A stretch of DNA of 63,225 bases, counting the filler, from Welwitschia mirabilis (taxonomy: Eukaryota), in assembly GCA_051453625.1 (NCBI GenBank). It is 4 parts of one record of this genome, joined end to end, with 100 filler letters (N's around TTAATTAATTAA, not from the genome) between each part and the next. Parts side by side here need not be neighbours in the genome. Positions count along the whole stretch, not along the records: positions 27,954 to 49,783 come from JBOZIK010000001.1; positions 49,884 to 61,646 come from JBOZIK010000001.1; 2 more parts are not named here. The stretch is one strand, 5' to 3'. A program made the translations under genes and the position numbers. The notes below the pieces were generated by a model. It had not been told where the DNA came from and ran no database searches. It was given only the letters and a program-made list of their open reading frames with translations. Shown here piece by piece: positions 39,059 to 50,639 of the stretch; positions within the stretch are counted from its first letter, which is position 1, and every line of letters begins with the position of its first letter.

Positions 39059-42000
39059 TGTAATGTAAATGTCCTATTTTTATTGCTCTAAATCTTTTAT
39101 GGCTTAGTTTTCTTTATTCTTTTAACTTCCTCAGAGATTTTTCAAGTGAACCCCTTGATTCTTCCCATTCTATTTTTGGTTTATTCACTTATATTTAATG
39201 AGACTTGATCTCATATATATATCTATATATATATATAAAACATAGTTTTCTATAGATTGTTTTAAATTTACAAGTATTAGAGATAATGTTATTTTTTTAA
39301 AGATTCAATATTTAAGATGGAATAAGATAGCATCGCTAATTCTTTAATTTTAATGGTTTATTCTTTCTTTAAAGGAGAAAATTATGATTATTAAATAATC
39401 AAGATGAGAACTTTCTCAATGACCCAAAATATCTAGGATTTAACATTTATTAAAGTTAATCACATTAAAGATTTAATAACTCTTGCATCTATGAAATGCA
39501 AGAAAGCTAAAGTACTCTTCATACTTCAGATGAGCATTAGTAATATAATATTTCTAAAGACTATAAAACACACATGCATAAAAGAAGCTTAAAAAGTTTT
39601 CAAGACTAAGTATAAAAGATCAGATCAAGTAAGGAAGGTAAGATTATAAAATCTAATAAGAGAATATGAGACTCTTATTATAAGAGAGTTAAATATCATG
39701 GAAACGATTCTCTAAATGGTTGTGAGGCATTATGATCCTATCATCTATGTGATAGAAGAAAGTAAAGATATTAACCAATTAATAATGGTCAAGCTCATTA
39801 ATAGTTTTAAGACCTTTGAGTAAAGAAATTGGGTTACATAAAGAATTTGCAACAAATACTTTTTATATCTAGAAAAGAACTATGAGATCATCATGCCACT
39901 ATTGGCATCAAGAATAATCATTAAATTAAGAACATGATCATAAAAATGATGTTCAAATGAATAACAATTATGGTGGTTAAAATGAATATGAACAAGGATG
40001 AGTTTAAGAACATGTTAAATCTAGATCATATTAAACTAGATCTAGAAGATGGTGAAATTATTGTAAAAAATAAAACCATATTAAATGAAATTACTAGATG
40101 AAGAAAAATCATCAAAATAGAGAAGTTGCACATTATACTAAAGAAGAAGAAGAAAAATCATGAAGAACTCTTCTTTATTAATAAGTTTAAATATCAAAGT
40201 ATCTTTATCACATTTACTTATCAAATTTCAATAGATTTTGATAATGTTTGTTATGTGAGTAGTGGTTGAAGTCATCATATGACTTGTAATAGATTCTTAC
40301 TAATTGGTCCTCATAGAAATTAAGAAGAAGTAACCATTGGCATAGATGCAAAAGTAATTATTACAAGAATTAGATCAATAAATATTTCTACAAATGCAAA
40401 AAGATCATATACCATTTTTGATATTTATTTTGTTTCTAATCTAAAGAAGAATTTATTAAGTGTTAGACAACTTTATTCTAAAGGCTTCAGAGCAGAATTT
40501 ATCAATGATTTTTATAAAATTATTGAAAATGATGATAAAGAAATAGCATTAATTCCTATGAGTCAAAATATAATGTATAAGTTATAGATACAAAATAATA
40601 TCATGGCTTTGTCACGTTATAGTAGAATATGTTAATTTTAGATCTATGAATTCAATGCAAAAGATGGATCTTATTTGAGGTATGAGTAAATTTTCTTTTT
40701 CTAATTTAATATATTATTAGATCTATGTTATCATAAAGATAAAGAGATTATCATTTATAAAGCCTAGAAATATATCTAAAAATTTTATAGATCTTATTTT
40801 ATGAATCTATGTGGTCTAATGCAAACAATGGATTTTGGAAAAAATTGATACATATATGTAATAGTAGATGATTATTCTAGAATGTACTATGAATATTTCC
40901 TTTAGACTAAAGATCAAAATCTAGATTAATTTAAAGCATTTAAAAATATTATGGAAATACAGAAGAAAAATTCTTTGAAAAAAATTCAAAGTGATATAGA
41001 AAAAGAATTTACCTCAAAAAATTTTAAGTGATTATGTAAAGATATTACTATTATTCATCAAACTATTGTAGCATATACAACACAACAAAATGGCACAGTA
41101 GAAAGGAAAAATTAAAGAATCATAACTATGACAAGATATCTTTCACAAAGCAAATCATGTGCTAGAACCATTTACATCTTAAATTTAATACCTTTTAGAC
41201 ATTTAAATCACATAACACCATATTAGTTATAATATGGATGTAATCTAAATATGTCTTATTTAATGATTTTTGACTTACTTTTCTATATGAAGATACTTGA
41301 TCAACATCACCAAAAGTTGGATGAAAAGATCTGAGTCTATATTTTTATAGGATATGAATCTAATTCTAAATAATTTCATTGTTTTAACTTAGAATTATAT
41401 AAACTATTAGTATCTAGAGATGTCATTTTTTTAGAAGATATTTTGATTAACTTTTTTTCAATTATTAATTTTTTTTTAACTTTTTACTTCCTCTTATACA
41501 TCCTTCATCAAATAGTCATATTTCCCCATAAAATTCACCTCCTTCCCTTACACCTTTCTTATATAACTAGCTAAATACATTCCCTGTTGCTCATCAAGAT
41601 CAGCCCCTTTTTCCTAATTCAACTTTTCATCATTTTTTCCTAATTCAACATCCCAATCCATTTTTTCTAATTCAACTTCTCTACTCTTTTTTTAGTAATT
41701 TAACACTTCATACCCCATCCCTTTTTTCTGGTTCCATTAATATTTCTCCATGCTCTATGCATTGTAGTATAGACCTAATTCCATGTCCATTCAATCATGC
41801 TAGCTACACACCATCAAGACCTAATTCCATGTTCCATTTTATCATGTTAGCTATACACCATTAAGATCATGAACTATCATGATTATCTAGTTCTATGTGG
41901 AATATCCATATGTCTTCTGATATCATCTATAGCTATTTTTCTTTCTTTACACCCTTTTCATCCCTAATAGTTCCTAATTATGATAGTATTTCATGCATAG

Positions 42001-42749
42001 AGAGTGTAATTAACCATACTATTCCTCTCTATGAAATTGTTAAATCACTAATCTCACATCCAATAATAGAAACTTTTGGTAGCCTTTATCCCAACAAATG
42101 TCATAGCTCACAACATTTTTACTGCTAATACTACAACTACTATTAACTACCAACATAATCTCTATGAAATAAACCATACTACTGCATCTTCTTACTACTA
42201 TTGTAATTACTATAAGTTCCTTTCATATGCTAAATCTCCTAGGTACTAAAATAAGTAAATTTATGTTGATAACTCAAACTTGTCACTCATGTCCCTCCAC
42301 TACCTTGATACTTCTAANNNNNNNNNNNNNNNNNNNNNNNNNNNNNNNNNNNNNNNNNNNNNNNNNNNNNNNNNNNNNNNNNNNNNNNNNNNNNNNNNNN
42401 NNNNNNNNNNNNNNNNNTTGATACTTCTAGTTAATAATCTTATGTAGATGAGATAAGCCTTACTACTCATGTCTTACCATTACATTTTTTTTGGTGATTA
42501 TTTTAATCATCCATGTAATAATATATTCTTACAACCTCATTTTCTCATGAGGAGAGGTCACCTTCTAATGTCTCACTGTTTTCTAGTAATACTTCATTTT
42601 CTTTTAAGCCACTTACCTTTTTTATTCTTTTTCCTACTTCTAACATTTATACCTCCCCTTTACCTTTTCATACCCTTAACTTTCCTACTTATTTTTCTTT
42701 TGAGTGATGAACTTTTATAAAATCCCTTATTTTTCCATTTGTATGTTGA
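39059..42749 (+). mobile_element. Truncated Ty1/copia element E (short LTR, gag, protease, integrase; RT not seen)
   Basis: Short LTR ~39059-39272 and degenerate PBS-Met AGTATTAGAGA at 39273. gag FKGENYDY*IIKMRTF (~39370-39415); protease SSG*SHHMT (~40258-40285); integrase NLCGLMQT, VDDYSRM and QQNGTVERKN (40800-41112); KLDEK...IFIGY (~41312-41355). Confidence 0.85.
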
Positions 42750-43999
42750 TGTGCTATCAAATTAAGTGTATATGATTGGGTATTATGAGTTATTTTAGAG
42801 GACATTTATATAGGTTTAGATGCAATTCTAATAATTATGAAGAGTTGATGGAATAATCATGAAAACATGTGATTCTTGACATATTTAGAGGTATTTCAGG
42901 CATATTTTGATACTCAGTGATTTGGAGGAAGATCAATGATGCAAAACGTGAACTTTTCTTAAGCTAAAAAAATAGAGAAGACTATCATCCCTACTATCAT
43001 TCCCATGACAAGCAGGATGATAGCATTGTAGCACCTCTTTGGGATGCTGACATGGACTAGAGATAGGAGCCAATGAGTCCTCTTTTTAAAAACATCTTGT
43101 CCATAGTTTCATCTTCATGACATGTAGGATGATAACTAATCATGTATCATCATCCCTAATATCATCCCCATAATAGTAAAGATGAAACTAAAATGGTTGG
43201 CCAAATTTTATCCATTTCTTTCTTAGGATTGAGCATGTTTTTCAATGCATCTATGACACATGGAGTGATGGTTATGTTTTCCTTGTTATATAAATAAACC
43301 TCTTCTTTAATCCTCCTATTATCTTTAATGCATCAAAAGTTCTTGTAATAGGAGATTAAAGGGTAGAAGATCCATCTTCAGTAGTTGCAGAGAGATGTCT
43401 TTTTGGTGTTGGACTATGCATCATCCATTAAGGTGTGGTTGCTTTATATCCTGGATGTTGGTTTGATTAATATAAACTCTATTTCTCTTTTATTTCTTCA
43501 ATACTTTACATGTTCCTTATGGTTTATATTATTTTTTATTTAGTGACAGTTTCACTTACAATATAGGTCTTAATAGCAACCTTTGTTAAGGTTGACAATA
43601 TTAGTTTAGGTGCATTTTTAGATTAACTTGTATTACATTCTATTTGACTTACTTAATAGCTTAAGTTAGTCTTGGCTAGTAACAGTTTTCTTGAATGATT
43701 TAGATTATGTAGGGCTAATATTCTTAATAAGTCAATTTGGTAATTAGATAGGTGTTCATCTAGATTAAGTTCTATTTACATTACATTGTATGTTTATTTT
43801 CTTGCATTGTTGCATTAAGTTTAGTAGAATATAATATTTTTTTTTAAAAAATCTATTCTCCTTCTTCTCTTATAAGCTTTAATTGGTTTACAACATTTAG
43901 GTCACTCCCATCTATACTAGTATTCCATATTTGCAATATATTTATTTATGATTAATAGGATTTAATAAAGAACAGGACATTGCAAAATTACACATCATA
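42750..43999 (+). repeat. 5' LTR of Athila-like element F (followed by PBS and ~280 bp of UTR to 44301)
   Basis: TGTGCTATC...CACATCATA termini, homology to the LTR at 24791-25863, and TATAAATA at ~43288. Confidence 0.82.
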
Positions 44000-44005
44000 A
44001 CATCT

Positions 44006-44023
44006 TGGCACCATTGCTAGGGA
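44006..44023 (+). other. Primer binding site (degenerate tRNA-Asp type)
   Basis: TGGCACCATTGCTAGGGA after an ACATCT spacer, the same layout as at 25864-25887. Confidence 0.82.
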
Positions 44024-44301
44024 AGGCTACTAAGGAGTTCAAGGATTATCATCACTTAGATGAATAGATTAGATTTTAGTTCAAATATTTATTTATAGCA
44101 ACATTCTACTTTTAGTTAGAATCATAGGTTTTTTTTTTATAGTTTTTAGTTTCTTTAATCTATAATAATACTCGGTCATCTTCTATGTTGTTCACATGAT
44201 ATTAAGAATGATAGTCATAAACTTTTGAATTTATTTTCTTTTTATAAATTTTCTTTCTAGTGGTAGTAACATAATAACTATTGTCCTTACTATCATTCTA
44301 T

Positions 44302-45363
44302 TGTAGTGCATATTTTTCTAAACATTTATGCTCAAAAAGATCCTGTCATTCATAAATAAAATAGATATCTTACATAATACAACATACTAATATAGTTGGA
44401 AGTTAACCCAAATGTTGTATCTTATTTAAGAATTACAAGAGAAGAATAACAATTGATTTTTACAAAGAATATGTAACCAAACTTAAATAATAATGTAAAA
44501 AATAAAGATGACATGCAAATGCAAATGTAAATAAGTCCAAATGCAATGCAAAATGAATCTAAACTACTTTTCTTTATCCTTAACAAAGGTCGCCCTTAAG
44601 ATCTATATTACCAATGAAATTGTCACTAGATTAAGGGTAACATAAACCATAAGGGACATCTGACAAAATAACATATATAAAAAAAAAGTTTTATATTAAA
44701 AAGGAACTAGCATCTAGGTTATAAAATATCTAAGCCTTAATGGAGGATACACAACCCTCCACCAAGAAAATGTCTTTTTGCAACTCTTGAGATGGATCTT
44801 CTGTCCTTTAATCTCCTATTATGAGAATTCACGATGCAACGAAGATGGAGAGAAGAGTTAAAAGGGATCTTATTTATAGGATTACATAGTAGAAAATGAT
44901 AATAAAAATGCTTCAAATTACACTCCATTATAGAAAATAATGGATAAAATAATCAAAGGTTGGCTGTCAAAGTTGGTTATAGTGTTATCTTGGTTGTCAT
45001 CTAGATGACATAGGGAATGATAGCTCCTTACAATAGATGACTTAGCAGTGTCTTAATAGATAACGTAGTGGTTTACATCAACATCAAATGTAGTCATCAT
45101 CTTACATGTCATGGGGATGACAAAGGAAAATGATATTCTTTATTTATTTCAATGAGGAAAAGCTAGTTTTTCTATCAATAATCTTCCTCCACAGCCATGA
45201 TTATCAACATGTATCTTAAATACCTTAAATATTGCTAAGAATTGCATACTTCTAAGATCTTCTATTAATTCTCTAAAATCCTCAGAATTGCATCTAAACC
45301 TATGTAAATGTCCTATAAAACAACTCATAAAACCACATTAAAAACACTGAAATTAGCATCACA
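44302..45363 (-). repeat. 3' LTR of element G
   Basis: Minus strand begins TGTGATGCTAAT right after the PPT GGCTAAGTGGGGCG. Inverted homology to 42750-43999. Confidence 0.8.
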
Positions 45364-47640
45364 TCATAACGCCCCACTTAGCCTTTATCAGTCCTTGACA
45401 AAAACTAGGTAATTATAAAAAATCAATCTAGAAATTATATAATAGGCTCATAGAACACATCACATAGCAAAATGACAAGTAATGCATAATGTGTATGAGT
45501 AAAAATTTTAAAATTATATCTCATGAAAGCTCAAAATTTATAAAAGTAAGCCATGAAAATAGGTCCTTTCCCCCTAAGAAAAATAATATGTCCTATATTA
45601 ATTAATACAGCAAAGAAAGTAGATAGGAGTGAGAAGGTAGATGACGGGTGTTTTGAACTTTCTAAATTAAGTATAAAGATAAGTAAAAAAATGTTAGATT
45701 TGAAAAATACAGATGTATGAAATATTTTGACAAGAAAAGAAAGAGTGGATAATGAAAATGTTTTGTCACAAAAAATGATTATGAGCAATGTTGAGAACTA
45801 CAAAATACTAAAAATAAACATCATAAAATTATTTATTTAAGTGATAAATAAAATCTTTATTGGAAACTAGGCAAGAAAAATATGATAATGAGTTTAAAAT
45901 AACTAACCAAACAACAAAAAAAATAGAAAGAATGGATATAAGACAACATAAAGAAGATAGCCTATCAACTTGAAATTTTAACCTAGCAGACTACTATGAA
46001 AGAAATCATAACATCACTTAATTTTAAAATGCATGACTTGATATATAAAAAAATTCCATTTGATAAGGTAGTGATTATGATGATGCTAAAATAAAAATGC
46101 TTTGAACAATGAATGATTAGACTAAAGAGTTGTTTAAAAATGAATTTACCTACTAACATCTTAAAACAAATACCTAAATCTAAAGAAATAAAATAACCAT
46201 GTGAAAAGATGAAGAGTCTAGGAAATAAGAAATGCCTCTGATGACACTAGGAATACTACTGATCTATTAGCCTTTTTATTACATTTTATTATCCATGATG
46301 AGGGAAATGCAATCACAGCCAGAGAAGTAAGGACCCATGAAGCATGGCCAACTGACCCCTCAGTGGAGTTCCCATAGCTACTATATTACACTGTCAAAGG
46401 CTTCTCTTAGGAAAATTTGCCTTAGTGNNNNNNNNNNNNNNNNNNNNNNNNNNNNNNNNNNNNNNNNNNNNNNNNNNNNNNNNNNNNNNNNNNNNNNNNN
46501 NNNNNNNNNNNNNNNNNNNNNNNNNNNNNNNNNNNNNNNNNNNNNNNNNNNNNNNNNNNNNNNNNNNNNNNNNNNNNNNNNNNNNNNNNNNNNNNNNNNN
46601 NNNNNNNNNNNNNNNNNNNNNNNNNNNNNNNNNNNNNNNNNNNNNNNNNNNNNNNNNNNNNNNNNNNNNNNNNNNNNNNNNNNNNNNNNNNNNNNNNNNN
46701 NNNNNNNNNNNNNNNNNNNNNNNNNNNNNNNNNNNNNNNNNNNNNNNNNNNNNNNNNNNNNNNNNNNNNNNNNNNNNNNNNNNNNNNNNNNNNNNNNNNN
46801 NNNNNNNNNNNNNNNNNNNNNNNNNNNNNNNNNNNNNNNNNNNNNNNNNNNNNNNNNNNNNNNNNNNNNNNNNNNNNNNNNNNNNNNNNNNNNNNNNNNN
46901 NNNNNNNNNNNNNNNNNNNNNNNNNNNNNNNNNNNNNNNNNNNNNNNNNNNNNNNNNNNNNNNNNNNNNNNNNNNNNNNNNNNNNNNNNNNNNNNNNNNN
47001 NNNNNNNNNNNNAAAAGTCATAAGACTAAGATAGAAAAGAATACTATTAAACAATATAAGATCTTTTTACCAGTGAGAAAAACATAAAAAATAAAGTATT
47101 TTCCTTCAAATTGAAGTTCATGGACATGTGAATATTCTAAGATTGAATGAATCTAATCCTACCACTAAAATGCCTAAGTCAAAAGACTAGTTATGAAAAT
47201 AAATACATAAGTTAAGTTTGAAAAATAATCAAGTAACATCATAATAATATTTTAAAGCAAAAATATAAGAGAAAATTTAGATGGTTTACTCATAAAATTC
47301 CAAATTTGCCCATTTACTTTTTATAATTCTTAAGCAGTCAAGTCAGAAATCTCAACAGAGCCATCAAAATGTATTTTCTTAAAATAATAGAAAACCAAAT
47401 CACCAGTTGTCATTTTTGTCATCTAGACGATAGAGAAGATAATAAAAATAGAAAGATAACATAAAAAATAGAAATCTAGCAAAAACTAAAGACAAAAAAT
47501 GAAAAATAGAGATTGTTATTCTTATAGTTATAGAGATGACATAGGGAATATAAAAGAAAGTCAAAAAAGCTGAAGATAAAATCAAAGTTAAAATCATAAG
47601 AATGAAAAAGAAAATACCAAAGTAAATAAATTTTATTTAA
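44302..47640 (-). mobile_element. Athila-like element G, 3' part (3' LTR, PPT, 3' internal region without the env-like ORF)
   Basis: LTR at 44302-45363, PPT at ~45371-45385, an internal purine tract at ~45560-45576, and 46138-46427 homologous (inverted) to 32364-32620. The right boundary is uncertain. Confidence 0.7.
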
Positions 47641-49514
47641 ATCCTAAAATCTAGTCATACTTTTATTAAAAAGAAAGAAAGAAAAGAAGGATCTATTTAG
47701 ATGATCTGAGGATATTGCATTCTTTTAGAGAAATAAGGCCTAATGTTTATCAATTGATAAAACATAAAAGGTATAAAATTATTTTTGAGTAGAATCAATT
47801 AGATGAAGAGAGGGATAACAGATAATACTCTATGAGACCGCATGAAAGTACAAATTTTCGAAGTCAAAGGAGAGATTAATGTTGACTTTGATAAAAGATT
47901 TTCATTGATTATAATAGTTTTGTTTTAATTATTATAAACAAAATTATGTTTTAATCTACTAGGAATATTTTTCAAATTTAAATTTAAATTATGATTTTCA
48001 TTTTCTAGCTTATGTAGTGTACAATCTCCCTCAAGGTGTGAGTTTAATAATTGGATTTTCTTGTAATATAAAGATTTCATTTATTTTTCATTCTTACATT
48101 TGAATGTATCAATGGCTTTTACGTTTTTAATCTCAATAGGGTCATCATAAAGTATGGGCTTATATAATATTGAAACTCTTTCTTCAAGGGAATGATGTTG
48201 AATAAATAAGGTTGATGTTACTAAATTTTTCATAATATAATCTTTGGGTGATTGATACAATAAAGGTTCTTGAACGATATCAAAATATGCTCAACTAGAT
48301 AAATGCTAATAAACACAATTATAAATGAAAGATTTAATGCCTTTTATATTAAAGTAAAATATGACATTTATAAACCAGGGTAGAACATTTAAAATATTGA
48401 GTTGATAATAAAAATTTTTTTATTTTGTTTTTATGATTTTAGTTTAAGCACATATATGAAATCTATAATTCTAAAATTGAAATTTGATTTGGAATTATAG
48501 AAAGCAAAACTACGTGATGCATGGGAAAAAAGGAATCCTAAGAATAAAACTAAGAAAAGAGAAAAACTACACTTTCTTTTTGAAAAAAAAGGAAATTATA
48601 ACATAATATAGAAAAGAAAATTTGGTGACATGAAAGTGTAAATAAAAAAAAAAAAATAAACTTGGCCCAATCGTTCTCTATGTTCTGGTATTTCTACTTG
48701 TGCATTGTATTTAGCCCTGTGTCTATGTTCTAGTATTTCCGCCTGCGCTTGTTTCCATCCCGCGCCATTGAAGTGGATTGGCATTTGTTTTTCAGATGTC
48801 ATTCGCCTCTATCGATTCTCTTGTAATGTGTCTTTGTATGATGTGCATTTTGCTCTGCCGTTCTACCTTCCTTCTCTACTATTGCTTCTGGTCGTTATTC
48901 TCTGCTCTCTCTATTGCTATTGTTTAGGCATTTTTGAGTGTCTCTGGCGTTTTTGCTGTCTATGCTTCTCGATGCATCTGACCTTTTGCCGTTCCTCTGA
49001 TATTTGCCATTCCCTTGTTATTTGATTATCAATGTGCTACCGCTTCCCATCCTCTCTGCTAGTGTTCTATCTTTTTTTATGATGCGTTACTGCGTCTCTA
49101 CTATTTCATTGGTGATCCCCTACTGTTATGACATTCTTAACCATTCTTCGCGTTGTAATGTATGTTCTCCTCTAATTTTTTGTGATCTCCCCTCTCATCA
49201 TTTTATATTTCACTGTCATACTCCGATATTCCTCTGTTATCTTCCTGATATTTCTGGATTTACAATTCGAAGTCTTGGAGATGTGATTATCTTGGAACGG
49301 ATCTTTGCAGTGAAGATTGAGGGAAGATGAAGTCTGAGCGAACAATTTTCTGCTTAAGAGAAACGTCTTATGTGTAGAAGCAAAACTAAAGAGCAATTCG
49401 CATGGTGGTGACTTAAATTATGCCTGTTCATCCACAGATTAAATATTGAGGTTTCGTCTTTAGTGATGAAAGGAGATTCCTGTCCATTTCATTTTCGCTC
49501 TTTTTTTTTGAACA

Positions 49515-49783
49515 AACAAGGTCATGTTCATTCTCAACAGATGGTAGGACGTTAACGCTTAGTGATTTTATCATGCTATGAAATCATTGTTGTATATCCA
49601 TTGGAATCAACAAGCTTAAATGATAAAGACTGACCACAGAGACTAGACAGTGTCTGCCAATCGCTGCTCCAGTTCTGAATCATCTGCGCCCTCTCGGAAT
49701 CGTCTTCCTTCACCCAAACTTGCTTTAGCGCACCGATGTTCCTGATATTTATGATCAAAATAAGCATGTGGGAGAACTTTAGT
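49515..49783 (-). pseudogene. Alpha-expansin C-terminal (pollen-allergen/CBM63-like) domain fragment, disrupted
   Basis: ORF 49576-49767 LILIINIRNIGALKQVWVK...QMIQNWSSDWQTLSSLCGQSLSFKLVDSNG resembles the expansin A pattern LVLITNVGGAGDV..VSIKG...MSRNWGQNWQS...LNGQSLSF.VTTSDG. After the TAG, shifted frames give SVNVLPS and RMNMTLF, resembling the SYNVAPSNWQFGQTF end. The 5' part is lost in the gap at 49784. Confidence 0.72.
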
Positions 49784-49883
49784 NNNNNNNNNNNNNNNNN
49801 NNNNNNNNNNNNNNNNNNNNNNNNNNNTTAATTAATTAANNNNNNNNNNNNNNNNNNNNNNNNNNNNNNNNNNNNNNNNNNNN
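49784..49883. other. Artificial contig-join spacer
   Basis: 44 N + TTAATTAATTAA + 44 N. Confidence 0.95.
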
Positions 49884-50637
49884 AGGATACGCCACCCAAC
49901 ACCAAGGTAACGTCTCTCTGGATTACAAGATGGTTCTCCGGTCTCAAGATCTCCTATCACAAGAATGTCAGGTACTATCAAAGATGATTAGAGATTGAGG
50001 GGAAGAGCTTTATTTATAGACAGAAAGGGGAAAGGGGCTAATAGAAAAGCATAAGAGAAACTATAGCTAACATGCAAGGAAAAGTTGCAAAGAACAGGCG
50101 GTAACTCGGGAATACAATCTTTAAAAGTATGGGATAACAGTGTCATTCATGTAGTCATCTAGATGATAGAGGAGATGAAAAGGGTTCATAATGAGTTATC
50201 TGTTTATCTTTCAGTTTAACTATCTGTGATCTACATGCAAAGTCCTGTTAACTGGTTCTGAAGATGTCATCCACTAGTGTCGTTTGGATGATGGAGTTTG
50301 ATGAAAAGATGTTTACTTCAACTGCAAGTCATCTAGAAATTATTTTGTCATATGTCCAATTAGGCTAATCGTCCTTCCTGTCATCTGGACGACATAGGGG
50401 ATGACAGTCTTCTATACATCCTTTGTTAGTATGATATCTAGTTGTTTGCAGGTATAATCATCTGAAAATACAATTTATTCATATCTATAAAAAATCTTCG
50501 TGAATTATCTAATAAACTGCATGTTTTCTTCTTATGCTTCTAGATTCTCAATTGTCATAGGAACTAGGTATTTATCTATTAGTTTATTTGCAAAACAACT
50601 CAAAATACCCTATCAAATACAGTTAAGTTGGCATCAC
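49884..50637 (-). repeat. Athila-like LTR (5' or solo LTR; left part lost in the gap)
   Basis: Minus strand begins TGTGATGCCAACTTAAC, with TATAAATA near 50012-50018 and family palindromes. No PPT on its outer side. Confidence 0.78.
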
Positions 50638-50639
50638 AA

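Noticed and set aside
46236..46262. Hammerhead ribozyme core (CTGATGA)
   Set aside because: I could not find a correctly placed GAAA with flanking stems, and the homologous site at ~32515 does not keep the motif.
48705..49330. Two Cys/Leu-rich + strand ORFs (106 and 108 aa) as membrane or cysteine-rich proteins
   Set aside because: They have non-ATG starts, their composition is explained by the T/C skew, and no family motif is recognisable.
44302..50637. Pairing LTR 44302-45363 with LTR 49884-50637 to make one element that captured the expansin fragment
   Set aside because: The two LTRs look like different subfamilies by eye, no PBS is visible, and an artificial contig join separates the second LTR from the expansin segment.
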